Assembly: GCA_963798085.1 (NCBI GenBank)
Contig: CAWCRS010000007.1
Coordinates: 503,612 to 567,611 of the forward strand
DNA length: 64,000 bases
DNA from: an uncultured Gemmatimonadales bacterium
GTDB taxonomy: Bacteria; Gemmatimonadota; Gemmatimonadetes; Longimicrobiales; RSA9
Reading direction: 5' to 3'
In this document: positions 9,221 to 17,255 of the stretch, piece after piece
How the letters are laid out: each line of letters starts with the position of its first letter
Numbering within the stretch: the first letter of the stretch is position 1
The notes under the pieces: generated by a model
Seen by the model: the letters and a program-made list of their open reading frames with translations, nothing else
Database searches by the model: none
Told to the model about the DNA's origin: nothing
Translations under genes and position numbers: made by a program

Positions 9221-9790
9221 TCAGCCCTCCCCTCCCAGTTGCACCACCACCTCGAGATCGTTGTCCAGCGTCACCATCGGCCAGGGCGGCAGCTCGAAAC
9301 CGCAGCCACTGGCCTTGCACAGCGTCCCCGACGCTTCGATCTGCACCTGCGCGCCCATCAGCGCGCGCACCTGCTCCTGCGTCAGTGGAATCCGCTGATT
9401 CGGACCACCGGCAATGTTCACCGAGCCGGTCACCGTCACGCCGCCGCCCGTCAGCTTTACCGTCAGTGTGCCGGTGGCGCCGCTCGGGTTCCGTGGCGTT
9501 ACCCGGATTGCGGCCTCCATCACCCGGTCGGCTACATCGATATCCGAGAAATCCTGCGACGCCGTGGCCGAGGCCGTAACGCCGGATACGGGCAGCTGCA
9601 CGCTCTCCACGGGGAAGAGGAACGTCGAATCCACCCTCGGCAGACCGGTCGGTACGTCACAGCCCGCCAATCCCGCAACGAACAAGAAACCCACGGCCGC
9701 GGAATGCCGTATCGACAGGCGTCGACCGGCACGCGCGAGCCAACTGCCCCGCTGCACGACGATTCCGGATCCTGCGTGTGCTTCGCTCAT
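9221..9790 (-). CDS. lipoprotein of unknown function (189 aa)
   Basis: Internal ATG at 9790 gives MSEAH...FLFVAGLAGC with a lipobox. The gene ends 4 nt before the barrel gene, and a GGAGGGGAGGG Shine-Dalgarno for that gene lies in its 3' end. The upstream part of ORF 9221-9991 looks non-coding. Confidence 0.65.
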   Translation of the reverse strand: MSEAHAGSGIVVQRGSWLARAGRRLSIRHSAAVGFLFVAGLAGCDVPTGLPRVDSTFLFPVESVQLPVSGVTASATASQDFSDIDVADRVMEAAIRVTPRNPSGATGTLTVKLTGGGVTVTGSVNIAGGPNQRIPLTQEQVRALMGAQVQIEASGTLCKASGCGFELPPWPMVTLDNDLEVVVQLGGEG

Positions 9791-10080
9791 CGTCTGCCAT
9801 CCACTCGTGTGTCCGGGACTTCCCGAGAGGCCGGGCAGACACATTTGCCGGGCCCGGGTGTTCACTACCGGGAATGCCTCTCCCAATATCGACCAGAAGG
9901 GGCTCGGACTTGAGGAGAAAGATGACACGTAAATACAATTCAATAAACGACTTACGCCAGTTCCTAAAGATGGCATGCGGCTTCCCTTCACAAGGATATG
10001 GGGGCCGCGCTGAAAAGGGTGGTGTGGAGGGGGCTGATGGGTGGCCCGGAACGGGTAGTATCGAGCCTGACGACCGGAAC

Positions 10081-11703
10081 ATGAGAAGGAGTTCGCGCAT
10101 GCGTGAGCGCGTTACGATGGGAGGACCAGGGAAGGTCACGGCGAGGAGAAGTTTCGGGTCGCTGAAGAGCGCAGGCGGCATCGTCGCCTGCATCCTGCTG
10201 ATTCCGGGGCTGGCGGCGGCGCAGCAGCAGCCGCCCGCGACGCTCACGGTACAGGAAGCGATCGATCTGGCGCGGAAGAACAACCCGCTGTACAGGCAGA
10301 CGGTGAATGATGCCGGGGATGCGGACTGGAGCGTACGGGAAGCGTATGCCAACTTCATCCCCACGCTGCAGATCCAGAATGGCTTCGGCTACCAGGCGGC
10401 GGGCAATGCGCGGGTCGGCGGCATCAGCGCGTCCGACCTTGGCCTCGCCTCCCAACGGCCTGCGATCTATTCCTCCAGCTATGGCATTTCCGGCGGCATG
10501 CAGCTTTCCGGTGCCACGTTCTTCGGGGCTGCGCAGGCGAAGGCGAACCAGAAGGCAACGGATGCACGCATCCAGGCGGCGGCCTTCGACCTGTCCAGCA
10601 ACGTCACGGCCCAGTACCTCGCCGCGCTGCGCGCGCGCGATGGCGTCGCCATTGCACAGACGGCGCTGGATGTAGCGAACGAATCGTTCCGGCTGGTGGA
10701 CGCGCAGAACCGCGTAGGTGCTTCGACGCGTCTCGACGTCGCATCCGCCGAAGTGACGAGGGGGCGTGCCGAGGTTGCGCTCATTCAGGCGAAGAACCTG
10801 TACGACACCGAGAAGCTGCGCCTGATGCAGCAGATCGGCGTCGAGTTGAATCGCGACGTCGACCTGACCAGCACATTCGAGGTATTCGAGCCGCAGTGGA
10901 CGGTCGAGGAGTTGACGACGCGGGCGCTGCGCGAGCATCCGCAGGTCGTGGCGGCGCGCCGCAACGAGTCGGCGGCGAATGCGGCGACCAGGGCGAGGTG
11001 GAGCCAGTACCTGCCGTCGCTGTCGCTGAATGCGACGCTGTTGTCCGGGTACGTCAGCAAACAGGGCAACGATGCGTACGTGCTGGCGTCGGCCAAGGCC
11101 AAGGCGCAGTCCAGCGTGGACAACTGCGAGTCGTCGAACCTGCTGAACGCGCACCTGGTGACACCGCTGCCCGGTTATCCCAGGGACTGCAGTACGTTCG
11201 CGTACACAGACGCGCAGGGAAACTCGGCGCTGGCTGCTAACAATCTGTTTCCCTTCAACTACACGAAGAGCCCCGCCTCCGTCTCGCTGTTCATTTCTCT
11301 GCCCATTTTCGATGGATTCACGCGGGAGCGGCAGCTGGACCAGGCGAAGGCCGCTGCGGAGGATGCGCGGTATGCGCGGCGCGCGGAGGAGCTGAACCGC
11401 AGCACCATGGTCGCGCAGAACCTGCTGGCGCTGAACGCGGCGTACCAGTCGGTGCAGATCGAAGAGAAGAACGCCGCGACGGCGGCGGAGCAGCTGCACC
11501 TGGCGCAGGAGAAGTATCGTCTGGGTGCAGGAAATGTGATCGAGCTGACGCAGGCGCAGGACACCAAGGCCAAAGCCGATCAATCGCGGCTGGGCGCCAT
11601 TTATCAGTTCCACCAGTCACTGGCCGCACTCGAGGCGGCGGTGGGCGAACCATTGCGCAACACGCGGCAGGGTGACGACGACGCGCCTGCCCGGGAGAAA
11701 TAA
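10081..11703 (+). CDS. TolC-family outer-membrane efflux protein
   Basis: Signal peptide ..IVACILLIPGLAAAQQQ, then LTVQEAIDLARKNNPLY and two repeated coiled-coil/barrel halves. The start is one of ATG 10081, 10099 or 10117. Confidence 0.85.
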   Translation: MRRSSRMRERVTMGGPGKVTARRSFGSLKSAGGIVACILLIPGLAAAQQQPPATLTVQEAIDLARKNNPLYRQTVNDAGDADWSVREAYANFIPTLQIQNGFGYQAAGNARVGGISASDLGLASQRPAIYSSSYGISGGMQLSGATFFGAAQAKANQKATDARIQAAAFDLSSNVTAQYLAALRARDGVAIAQTALDVANESFRLVDAQNRVGASTRLDVASAEVTRGRAEVALIQAKNLYDTEKLRLMQQIGVELNRDVDLTSTFEVFEPQWTVEELTTRALREHPQVVAARRNESAANAATRARWSQYLPSLSLNATLLSGYVSKQGNDAYVLASAKAKAQSSVDNCESSNLLNAHLVTPLPGYPRDCSTFAYTDAQGNSALAANNLFPFNYTKSPASVSLFISLPIFDGFTRERQLDQAKAAAEDARYARRAEELNRSTMVAQNLLALNAAYQSVQIEEKNAATAAEQLHLAQEKYRLGAGNVIELTQAQDTKAKADQSRLGAIYQFHQSLAALEAAVGEPLRNTRQGDDDAPAREK

Positions 11704-11705
11704 AC

Positions 11706-12962
11706 ATGGACAAGCCGCGCGCCAACCCGCCCAAGAAGCGCGGGAAGCTCTACATAGCTCTGGGGATCGTGGGTGCCGTGGCCATCACGCTGGGTCTCTC
11801 GCGGCTCAAGCCGGCGCCGCCCAGCGTGGACGCAGAACTGGCCTGGCGCGACACCGTGGAAATGGGACCCATGGTGAAGCAGGTGCGCGGTCCCGGCACA
11901 CTGGTTCCGGAGCATATCCAGATCATCTCCGCGCTGACCAGCGGCCGCGTCGAGGAAAAGATCATCCAGCCGGGCCAGCGGGTAGAACCGAACACGGTGT
12001 TGCTGCGCCTGAGCAATCCCGACGAGCAGCTGCAGCTCCTGAACGAGCAGCGCCAGCTGGGTGACGCGCGCGCCAACCTCGTGAGCCTCACTTCCAACCT
12101 GGAATCGCAGCGGCTCACGCAGTCCGCCGCGGTGTCCACGCTGGAGAGCCAGTTCAAGGACGCCGCGCGCACCGATTCGGTGGACGAGGAGCTGAATGCC
12201 AAGAACCTGATCAACCGCAACCAGTACCTGGCGGACAAGAACAACCTGCACACGCTGAAGGAGCGCCTGGAATACGCGCAGAAGCAGCTGGAGGTAATGT
12301 CCAACTCCGTCGCGTCACAACTGGGCGCGCAGGAAGACCAGGTGAAGCAGCTGGAAAAGATCGTCCAGTTCCGGGAAGAGCGCATTGCTTCCATGCAGGT
12401 GCGGGCGAACGCCTCCGGTGTGCTGCAGCGACTGGGCGCCAACAACGACCTGGAGACGGGCCAGTACGTGCTTGCCGGTTCCGAGATCGCGCGCGTGGTG
12501 CAGCCGGGCAAGCTGAAGGCCGTGCTGCGCATTCCTGAAACCCAGGTGGTCGATGTCGCGTTAGGTCAGGAAGTCGAAATCGACACGCGCAATGGAATCG
12601 TGATCGGCAAGGTCATGCGGATCGATCCGGCCTCGTCCGCCGGAACCGTGGGTGTGGATGTGTCGCTGCCCGACAGTCTGCCCAGCAGCGCCCGCCCCGA
12701 CCTGAACGTGGATGGCCGCATTATTGTCGACCGGCTGCCCAACGTGCTGCACGTGCAGCGCCAGCAGTACGCGAACCAGAACTCGTCGATCGGACTCTTC
12801 CGCATGGAGCCGGACGGCAAGAACGCCAGCCGCGTGACCGTGCAGATCGGCGCCGTATCCGTGAACGAAATGGAGATCAAGGGCGGCCTCAAGGCCGGCA
12901 ATGTCGTGATTCTCTCGGATATGTCGCAGTGGGATAGTTACGACAGGATACGCTTGCGGTAG
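11706..12962 (+). CDS. periplasmic adaptor (HlyD/MacA-type membrane fusion protein)
   Basis: N-terminal TM anchor, lipoyl-like hairpin (GRVEEKIIQPGQRVEPNTVLLRLSNPD), long coiled coil and beta-barrel domain. Starts 2 nt after tolC. Confidence 0.9.
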   Translation: MDKPRANPPKKRGKLYIALGIVGAVAITLGLSRLKPAPPSVDAELAWRDTVEMGPMVKQVRGPGTLVPEHIQIISALTSGRVEEKIIQPGQRVEPNTVLLRLSNPDEQLQLLNEQRQLGDARANLVSLTSNLESQRLTQSAAVSTLESQFKDAARTDSVDEELNAKNLINRNQYLADKNNLHTLKERLEYAQKQLEVMSNSVASQLGAQEDQVKQLEKIVQFREERIASMQVRANASGVLQRLGANNDLETGQYVLAGSEIARVVQPGKLKAVLRIPETQVVDVALGQEVEIDTRNGIVIGKVMRIDPASSAGTVGVDVSLPDSLPSSARPDLNVDGRIIVDRLPNVLHVQRQQYANQNSSIGLFRMEPDGKNASRVTVQIGAVSVNEMEIKGGLKAGNVVILSDMSQWDSYDRIRLR

Positions 12963-12984
12963 CGCCGTGGAGAATCTGTAGAAG

Positions 12985-13089
12985 CGTTTCTGGGGCTGGG
13001 GCTCGGGCTGGGGCTGGGAACGGATGGAGCGGCAATGCGGCCCCATCTACCCCCAACCCCTCCCAGCGCGAGCCCGAGCCCGAGAAACG
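12985..13089. repeat. inverted pair of G-tract elements (copies 2 and 3) with a C-tract-rich loop
   Basis: 12985-13018 is cgtttctggggctggggctcgggctggggctggg. 13062-13089 is cccagcgcgagcccgagcccgagaaacg. The arms are 15/17 complementary. Confidence 0.75.
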
Positions 13090-13185
13090 CCGTTCATGAT
13101 TCCGTTCAGCAACGATGCGGAGTTTCCAGAAGTCTAAACAGAGTCGAATTCCCAGGCAGCATTGACCCGGAACCCGGAGCCAACG

Positions 13186-13920
13186 ATGGAGCCCCTGATC
13201 CAGCTCAACGGTGTCAGCAAGGTGTTCTACACGGACGAGGTGGAGACGCACGCGCTGTCCACGATCCACCTCAAGATCGACCGTGGTGAGTACGTTGCCA
13301 TCGCGGGCCCGTCGGGCTGCGGCAAGACCACGCTGCTCTCGCTGCTGGGTCTGCTGGATTCGCCCACCGAGGGCCAGTATCTGCTGGACAACAAGGACGT
13401 CTCTTCGCTGTCCGCATCGGAGCGGGCGCGCGTCCGCAACCGCGAGATCGGGTTCATCTTCCAGGCGTTCAACCTGATCGGTGACCTGACCGTGTTCGAG
13501 AACGTCGAGCTGCCGCTCACCTACCGCGGCATGCCGTCCTCGGAGCGCAAGGAACGCGTCATGGCGGCGCTCGAACGCGTGGGCATGGCGCACCGCACGA
13601 AGCACTATCCGTCGCAGCTCTCGGGCGGTCAGCAGCAGCGCGTGGCTGTCGCGCGCGCCATCGTCGGCAAGCCGCTGATCCTGCTCGCGGACGAGCCCAC
13701 CGGAAACCTCGATTCGAAGAACGGTGAGGCCGTGATGGACCTGCTCAAGGAGCTGCACGGCGACGGCGCTACCATCTGCATGGTGACACACGATCCGCGC
13801 TACGCACGCTACGCCGAACGCACCATCCACCTTTTCGACGGCCAGGTGGTGCGCGACGAAGCCACAACGCAGGCGCACGAACTGGAAGAGAGCGGCTTCG
13901 AGCTGCATCAGGGGCAGTAG
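13186..13920 (+). CDS. ABC transporter ATP-binding protein, MacB/LolD type
   Basis: Walker A GPSGCGKTT, signature LSGGQQQRVAVARA, Walker B LILLADEPTGNLD. ATG at 13186 preferred over TTG at 13162. Confidence 0.9.
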   Translation: MEPLIQLNGVSKVFYTDEVETHALSTIHLKIDRGEYVAIAGPSGCGKTTLLSLLGLLDSPTEGQYLLDNKDVSSLSASERARVRNREIGFIFQAFNLIGDLTVFENVELPLTYRGMPSSERKERVMAALERVGMAHRTKHYPSQLSGGQQQRVAVARAIVGKPLILLADEPTGNLDSKNGEAVMDLLKELHGDGATICMVTHDPRYARYAERTIHLFDGQVVRDEATTQAHELEESGFELHQGQ

Positions 13921-13945
13921 CCGCTGCGCGGAACGACGGCCGCCT

Positions 13946-13971
13946 GCGTCGCGAGCGCGACGCGTCGTTTT
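13946..13971 (+). terminator. possible intrinsic terminator after the ATPase gene
   Basis: gcgtcgc-gagc-gcgacgc stem (7 bp), followed within 5 nt by TTTT. Confidence 0.35.
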
Positions 13972-14151
13972 CCTGAGTGGCGGATCGGTTGAAGCAAAAC
14001 GGGACGTCGCTGCGTAGTGGTTGCAGTCGGGATGCAGCAGACCTGATAACATGCTGTATGCAGCAGGCAACCCGACGGAGCCGCAAGGCGTCAAACAGAT
14101 AGTCAGGTTCAACGAAGTAAGAGCCCGGGTCGCCAGACCTGAGCTTCCCCC

Positions 14152-14192
14152 GGGCGGGCGTCGGTTGCGCGCTGTTGTTCCGACGCCCGCCC
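14152..14192. other. perfect 13-bp stem-loop
   Basis: gggcgggcgtcgg, a 15-nt loop, then ccgacgcccgccc. Confidence 0.6.
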
Positions 14193-14231
14193 ACCCCTCC
14201 TCCAGCGTGAGGTTTTTCGCGCTGGCTGTTT

Positions 14232-14260
14232 TTGTGTCGTTGATTTCTACATTGTAGAAT
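14232..14260 (+). promoter_or_regulatory. sigma70-like promoter candidate with an overlapping palindrome, upstream of ADOP permease P1
   Basis: TTGTGT, 17 nt, TAGAAT. The palindrome TCTACA-t-TGTAGA (14246-14258) overlaps the -10. The ATG at 14269 is only 8 nt after the -10, which implies a leaderless or near-leaderless mRNA. Confidence 0.35.
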
Positions 14261-14268
14261 GGAACGCC

Positions 14269-16894
14269 ATGAAACACACAAGAGCACCGCGCACACCGCT
14301 GCATCTGCTGCGACTGCTGCTCCCCCTGGCCGAGCGCGACGAGGTGTGCGCGGACCTGGAGCGGGAATACGCGCGGCGACTGCACCGCCAGGGTCGCCGG
14401 CGGGCGGATTTCTGGCTATGGCGTCAGGCGCTGCGGTCCTCGCCTGCGCTGCTGCGCCGCAGCTGGTGGCGGGGGAAGACGGGATTCGAACCGGAAGCGA
14501 ATCGCCTGAGAACGGGAGGCCCCATGCTGGAGAGCTGGGTCATGGATGTTCGCTATTCGGTGCGGCGCCTTGCGAGACGACCGCTCTACGCGCTGCTGGC
14601 AGTGCTCACGCTGTCGCTGGGCGTGGGTGGCGCGGGCGCAATTTTCACGATCGTGCGCTCGCTGCTGCTGGACCCGCTGCCGGTCGCCGCGGAACGCGAC
14701 CTGGCGGTGTTCTGGAATGGCGGCGACTGGTCGGAGCAGGAATTCCTCTCCTTGCGTGGTCAGTTCGCAGGCTTTCGCCAGGTAGCGGCATTCCGCCACG
14801 CAGGTGTGACGCTGGAGGCGCCGGGTGCGTCGCCTCGCCTGGTGGAAGGCGTGGCGTCGTCGTCGGAATTTTTCGATGTCCTGGGCACGCCTCCACTGCT
14901 TGGTCGCACGCTGCGCGCGGGCGATGATGCCGTGGGGGCGGCGCCCATCGCAGTGATCGGCTGGGGCCTGTGGCAGCAGCTGGGTGGCAACGCCTCGATC
15001 ATCGGCTCGCAGCTGATGATGAACGGGAGTGGGCACACGATCGTGGGCGTCATGCCGCGCGCCTTCTGGTTTCCCGATCCGTCTGTGCGCATTCTGGCTG
15101 CCGCAGCCGTTGCACCCGGAGTCGAGAACTGGCAACTACGCGCTGATCGGGCGCATGGATCCGGGGCTGACGATTGCCGGCATGAATGCGCCGCTGGCGC
15201 GCATCACGTCGTTCCTGGCAGCGCATTACACGTATCCGGCGCAATGGGACAAGACGAAGAACGCGACGCTGATTCCGGTCCGCGACTTTGTTGCCGGGCC
15301 GGTGCGTCCCGCGCTGCTCGCGACACTGGCCGCCATGGCGGCGATCCTGCTGATGGCGTGCGCGAACGTGGCGGCGCTGATGCTGGGCCAGGTGGATGGC
15401 CGAGGCGAGGAGATGGCGTTGCGCACCGCACTGGGCGCCGGCCGGCTGCGGTTGCTGCAGCAGCTGGGCGCGGAGGCGCTGCTGGTGGGGCTCATGTCGG
15501 GCGTCGCCGGCGCGGGCGTGGCGCTTACTGCATTCCCGATGCTGGTGCACACGCTGCCGCTGGGTGCACTGGCGGAAACCGCGCGCGCGGGCTGGCCCGT
15601 GATGCTCATGGCGATGGTGATCGCGCTGGCCGGTGCGTTGCTGGTGGCCGCTGTTCCTGTGTTCGCGCTATGGCGGAGTGACCTGCGTGACGCCATCGGA
15701 ACCGCGCGCACGACCGGGCTCAGCCAGGGCGGGCGCCTGGAGAGCGGTCTCGTCGTGCTCGAGGTGGCGCTCGCCGTGCTGATGGCGTCGGGCGCGGCCC
15801 TGCTGATTCGCAGCGTCGACAAGCTGGGTGCGATCGATCCCGGCATCGACGCGGGTGGTGTCGGCGTGATCGACATGGCGCTGCCCGCGAATCTGGCTCC
15901 ACCCGACCGCAGGCGACTGCTGGCCGAGGTCGTGCCCGGTCTCGCGGCGCTGCCCGGTGTACGCAGCGCGGCGGCCACATCGAAGCTGCCGCTGCGCGGG
16001 ACCGGCGACAACTGGGGCATCGTGCTGGTGGCGAAGCCGGAGCTGCCCATGACCACGACTGCCTTCCGTGTGATAACACCGGATTACTTCCGGGTCCTGG
16101 GAATGGCGCTGAAGCGAGGCCGGCTGTTCGAGGAAGCGGACCGGGCGGCCCCGGCACCCGTCGTCGTCATCAATGAAGCGCTGGCGCGGAAGTATTTCGC
16201 GGGCGGGGACCCGATCGGCCAGCAGATCGGCGGGGCCGGGCCCCGCCCTGCCACGATCGTAGGCGTTGTCGCGGACGCGGCGGAAGCGCGTCTCACGGAT
16301 GCCGCCGTGCCTGCGCGCTACATGCTGTACGAGCACGCTCCCTATGCGCCGGCGGGGAATGCGCTGGTGCTGAAGCTGCAGCGCGTGAGTGACATGGGTC
16401 CCGCGCTCGCAGCGGCGCGCGCCCTGATCGAGAAGACCATCCCGGGAGCGGCGGTGCAGACGACGACCAGCCTGCAGCAGGTGCTCGCGGAGAGCATGGG
16501 GCCGGCGCGGCAGACGCGTTCCCTGCTGGCACTGCTGGCGGGACTGGCGCTGGTGCTGGGCGCGGTGGGCGTATACGGCGTCACGGCGCACGCGGTGTCC
16601 CGCCGGCAGCGTGAGATCGGCATTCGCCTGGCGCTGGGCATGCGGCGCTCACGGGTGGTCGGCCGCATCCTGGTCCGAGGCGGCATGCTGATCGGCGCGG
16701 GCATTGCTGCGGGCGTCCTCGCTTCGCTGTTCGTGACGCGCGTCGTGGCCTCGCTGTTGTACGGCGTGGCGGTGAACGATCCGGTCGCGCTGCTGGGGGC
16801 GACGGCGACTCTGCTGGCGGCGGGACTCGCGGCAACGGCAATTCCCGCGTGGCGGGCGAGCCGCTTCGATCCCGCGGTCGTGCTGCACGAGTGA
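14269..16894 (+). pseudogene. ADOP-type duplicated FtsX/MacB permease P1, reading frame broken by one extra base near 15093
   Basis: ORF 14269-15681 covers the prefix domain, TM1 and periplasmic domain up to ..VMPRAFWFPDPSVRI. ORF 15029-16894 continues WLPQPLHPESRTGNYALIGRM.. through two FtsX modules to ..RASRFDPAVVLHE. The join is collinear with paralogues P2-P5. Confidence 0.8.
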
Positions 16895-16922
16895 CTAACG
16901 ATGTGTTTGAGGAGTGCGAAAC

Positions 16923-17255
16923 ATGGGCGCGGGGCCGCTGGGCAATTTCGAGGAACAGGTGCTGATCGCGGTGCTGCGAACGGCGGGCGAGGCGTTCGGC
17001 ATGAATGTGCGTCGCGAGATCGAGAGTGTGACCGGGCGTGACGCCGCGATCGGAGCCGTCTACGCCACGCTGGACCGGCTCGAGGCGAAGGGTCTCGTAA
17101 CGTCGGCACGGCGCATGCTGGACAACCAGTCGCGGCGTGTGTTCACCGTCCGGCATGCCGGTCTGGTGCAACTGGCGGAAACGCAGGCCATGCGCGACCG
17201 TCTGTGGCGGGATGTCGACCTGGCGCGTCTGCTGAAGGGTAATCGGCCGCCATGA
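16923..17255 (+). CDS. PadR-like winged-helix transcriptional regulator
   Basis: FEEQVLIAVL....FGMNVRREIE....AIGAVYATLDRLEAKGLV pattern. GAGGAG lies 9 nt upstream of the ATG at 16923. The stop overlaps the next start (ATGA). Confidence 0.75.
   Translation: MGAGPLGNFEEQVLIAVLRTAGEAFGMNVRREIESVTGRDAAIGAVYATLDRLEAKGLVTSARRMLDNQSRRVFTVRHAGLVQLAETQAMRDRLWRDVDLARLLKGNRPP

Noticed and set aside
9922-10080. The ATG at 9922 (with a GAGGAG SD) as the true tolC start.
   Set aside because: It would place about 65 residues, with the first codons AT-rich and atypical, ahead of an otherwise normal signal peptide. It is kept only as a regulatory curiosity.
14462-14490. A tRNA-like T-loop (the reverse complement reads GGTTCGAATCCC) suggesting a tRNA or tmRNA fragment.
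   Set aside because: The flanking bases do not form a 5-bp T-stem, no acceptor or anticodon arms are present, and the sequence lies inside the coding region of permease P1 (..KTGFEPEANRL..).
15091-15097. Programmed +1 ribosomal frameshifting at the recurrent ATT-CTG-G sites (also 57838-57844).
   Set aside because: There is no slow or rare 0-frame codon (CTG is a common codon here), no upstream SD-like stimulator, and poor re-pairing of tRNA-Ile on UUC. The third break (GCC-C-ATG) has a different context. An indel error or a mutation is more parsimonious.
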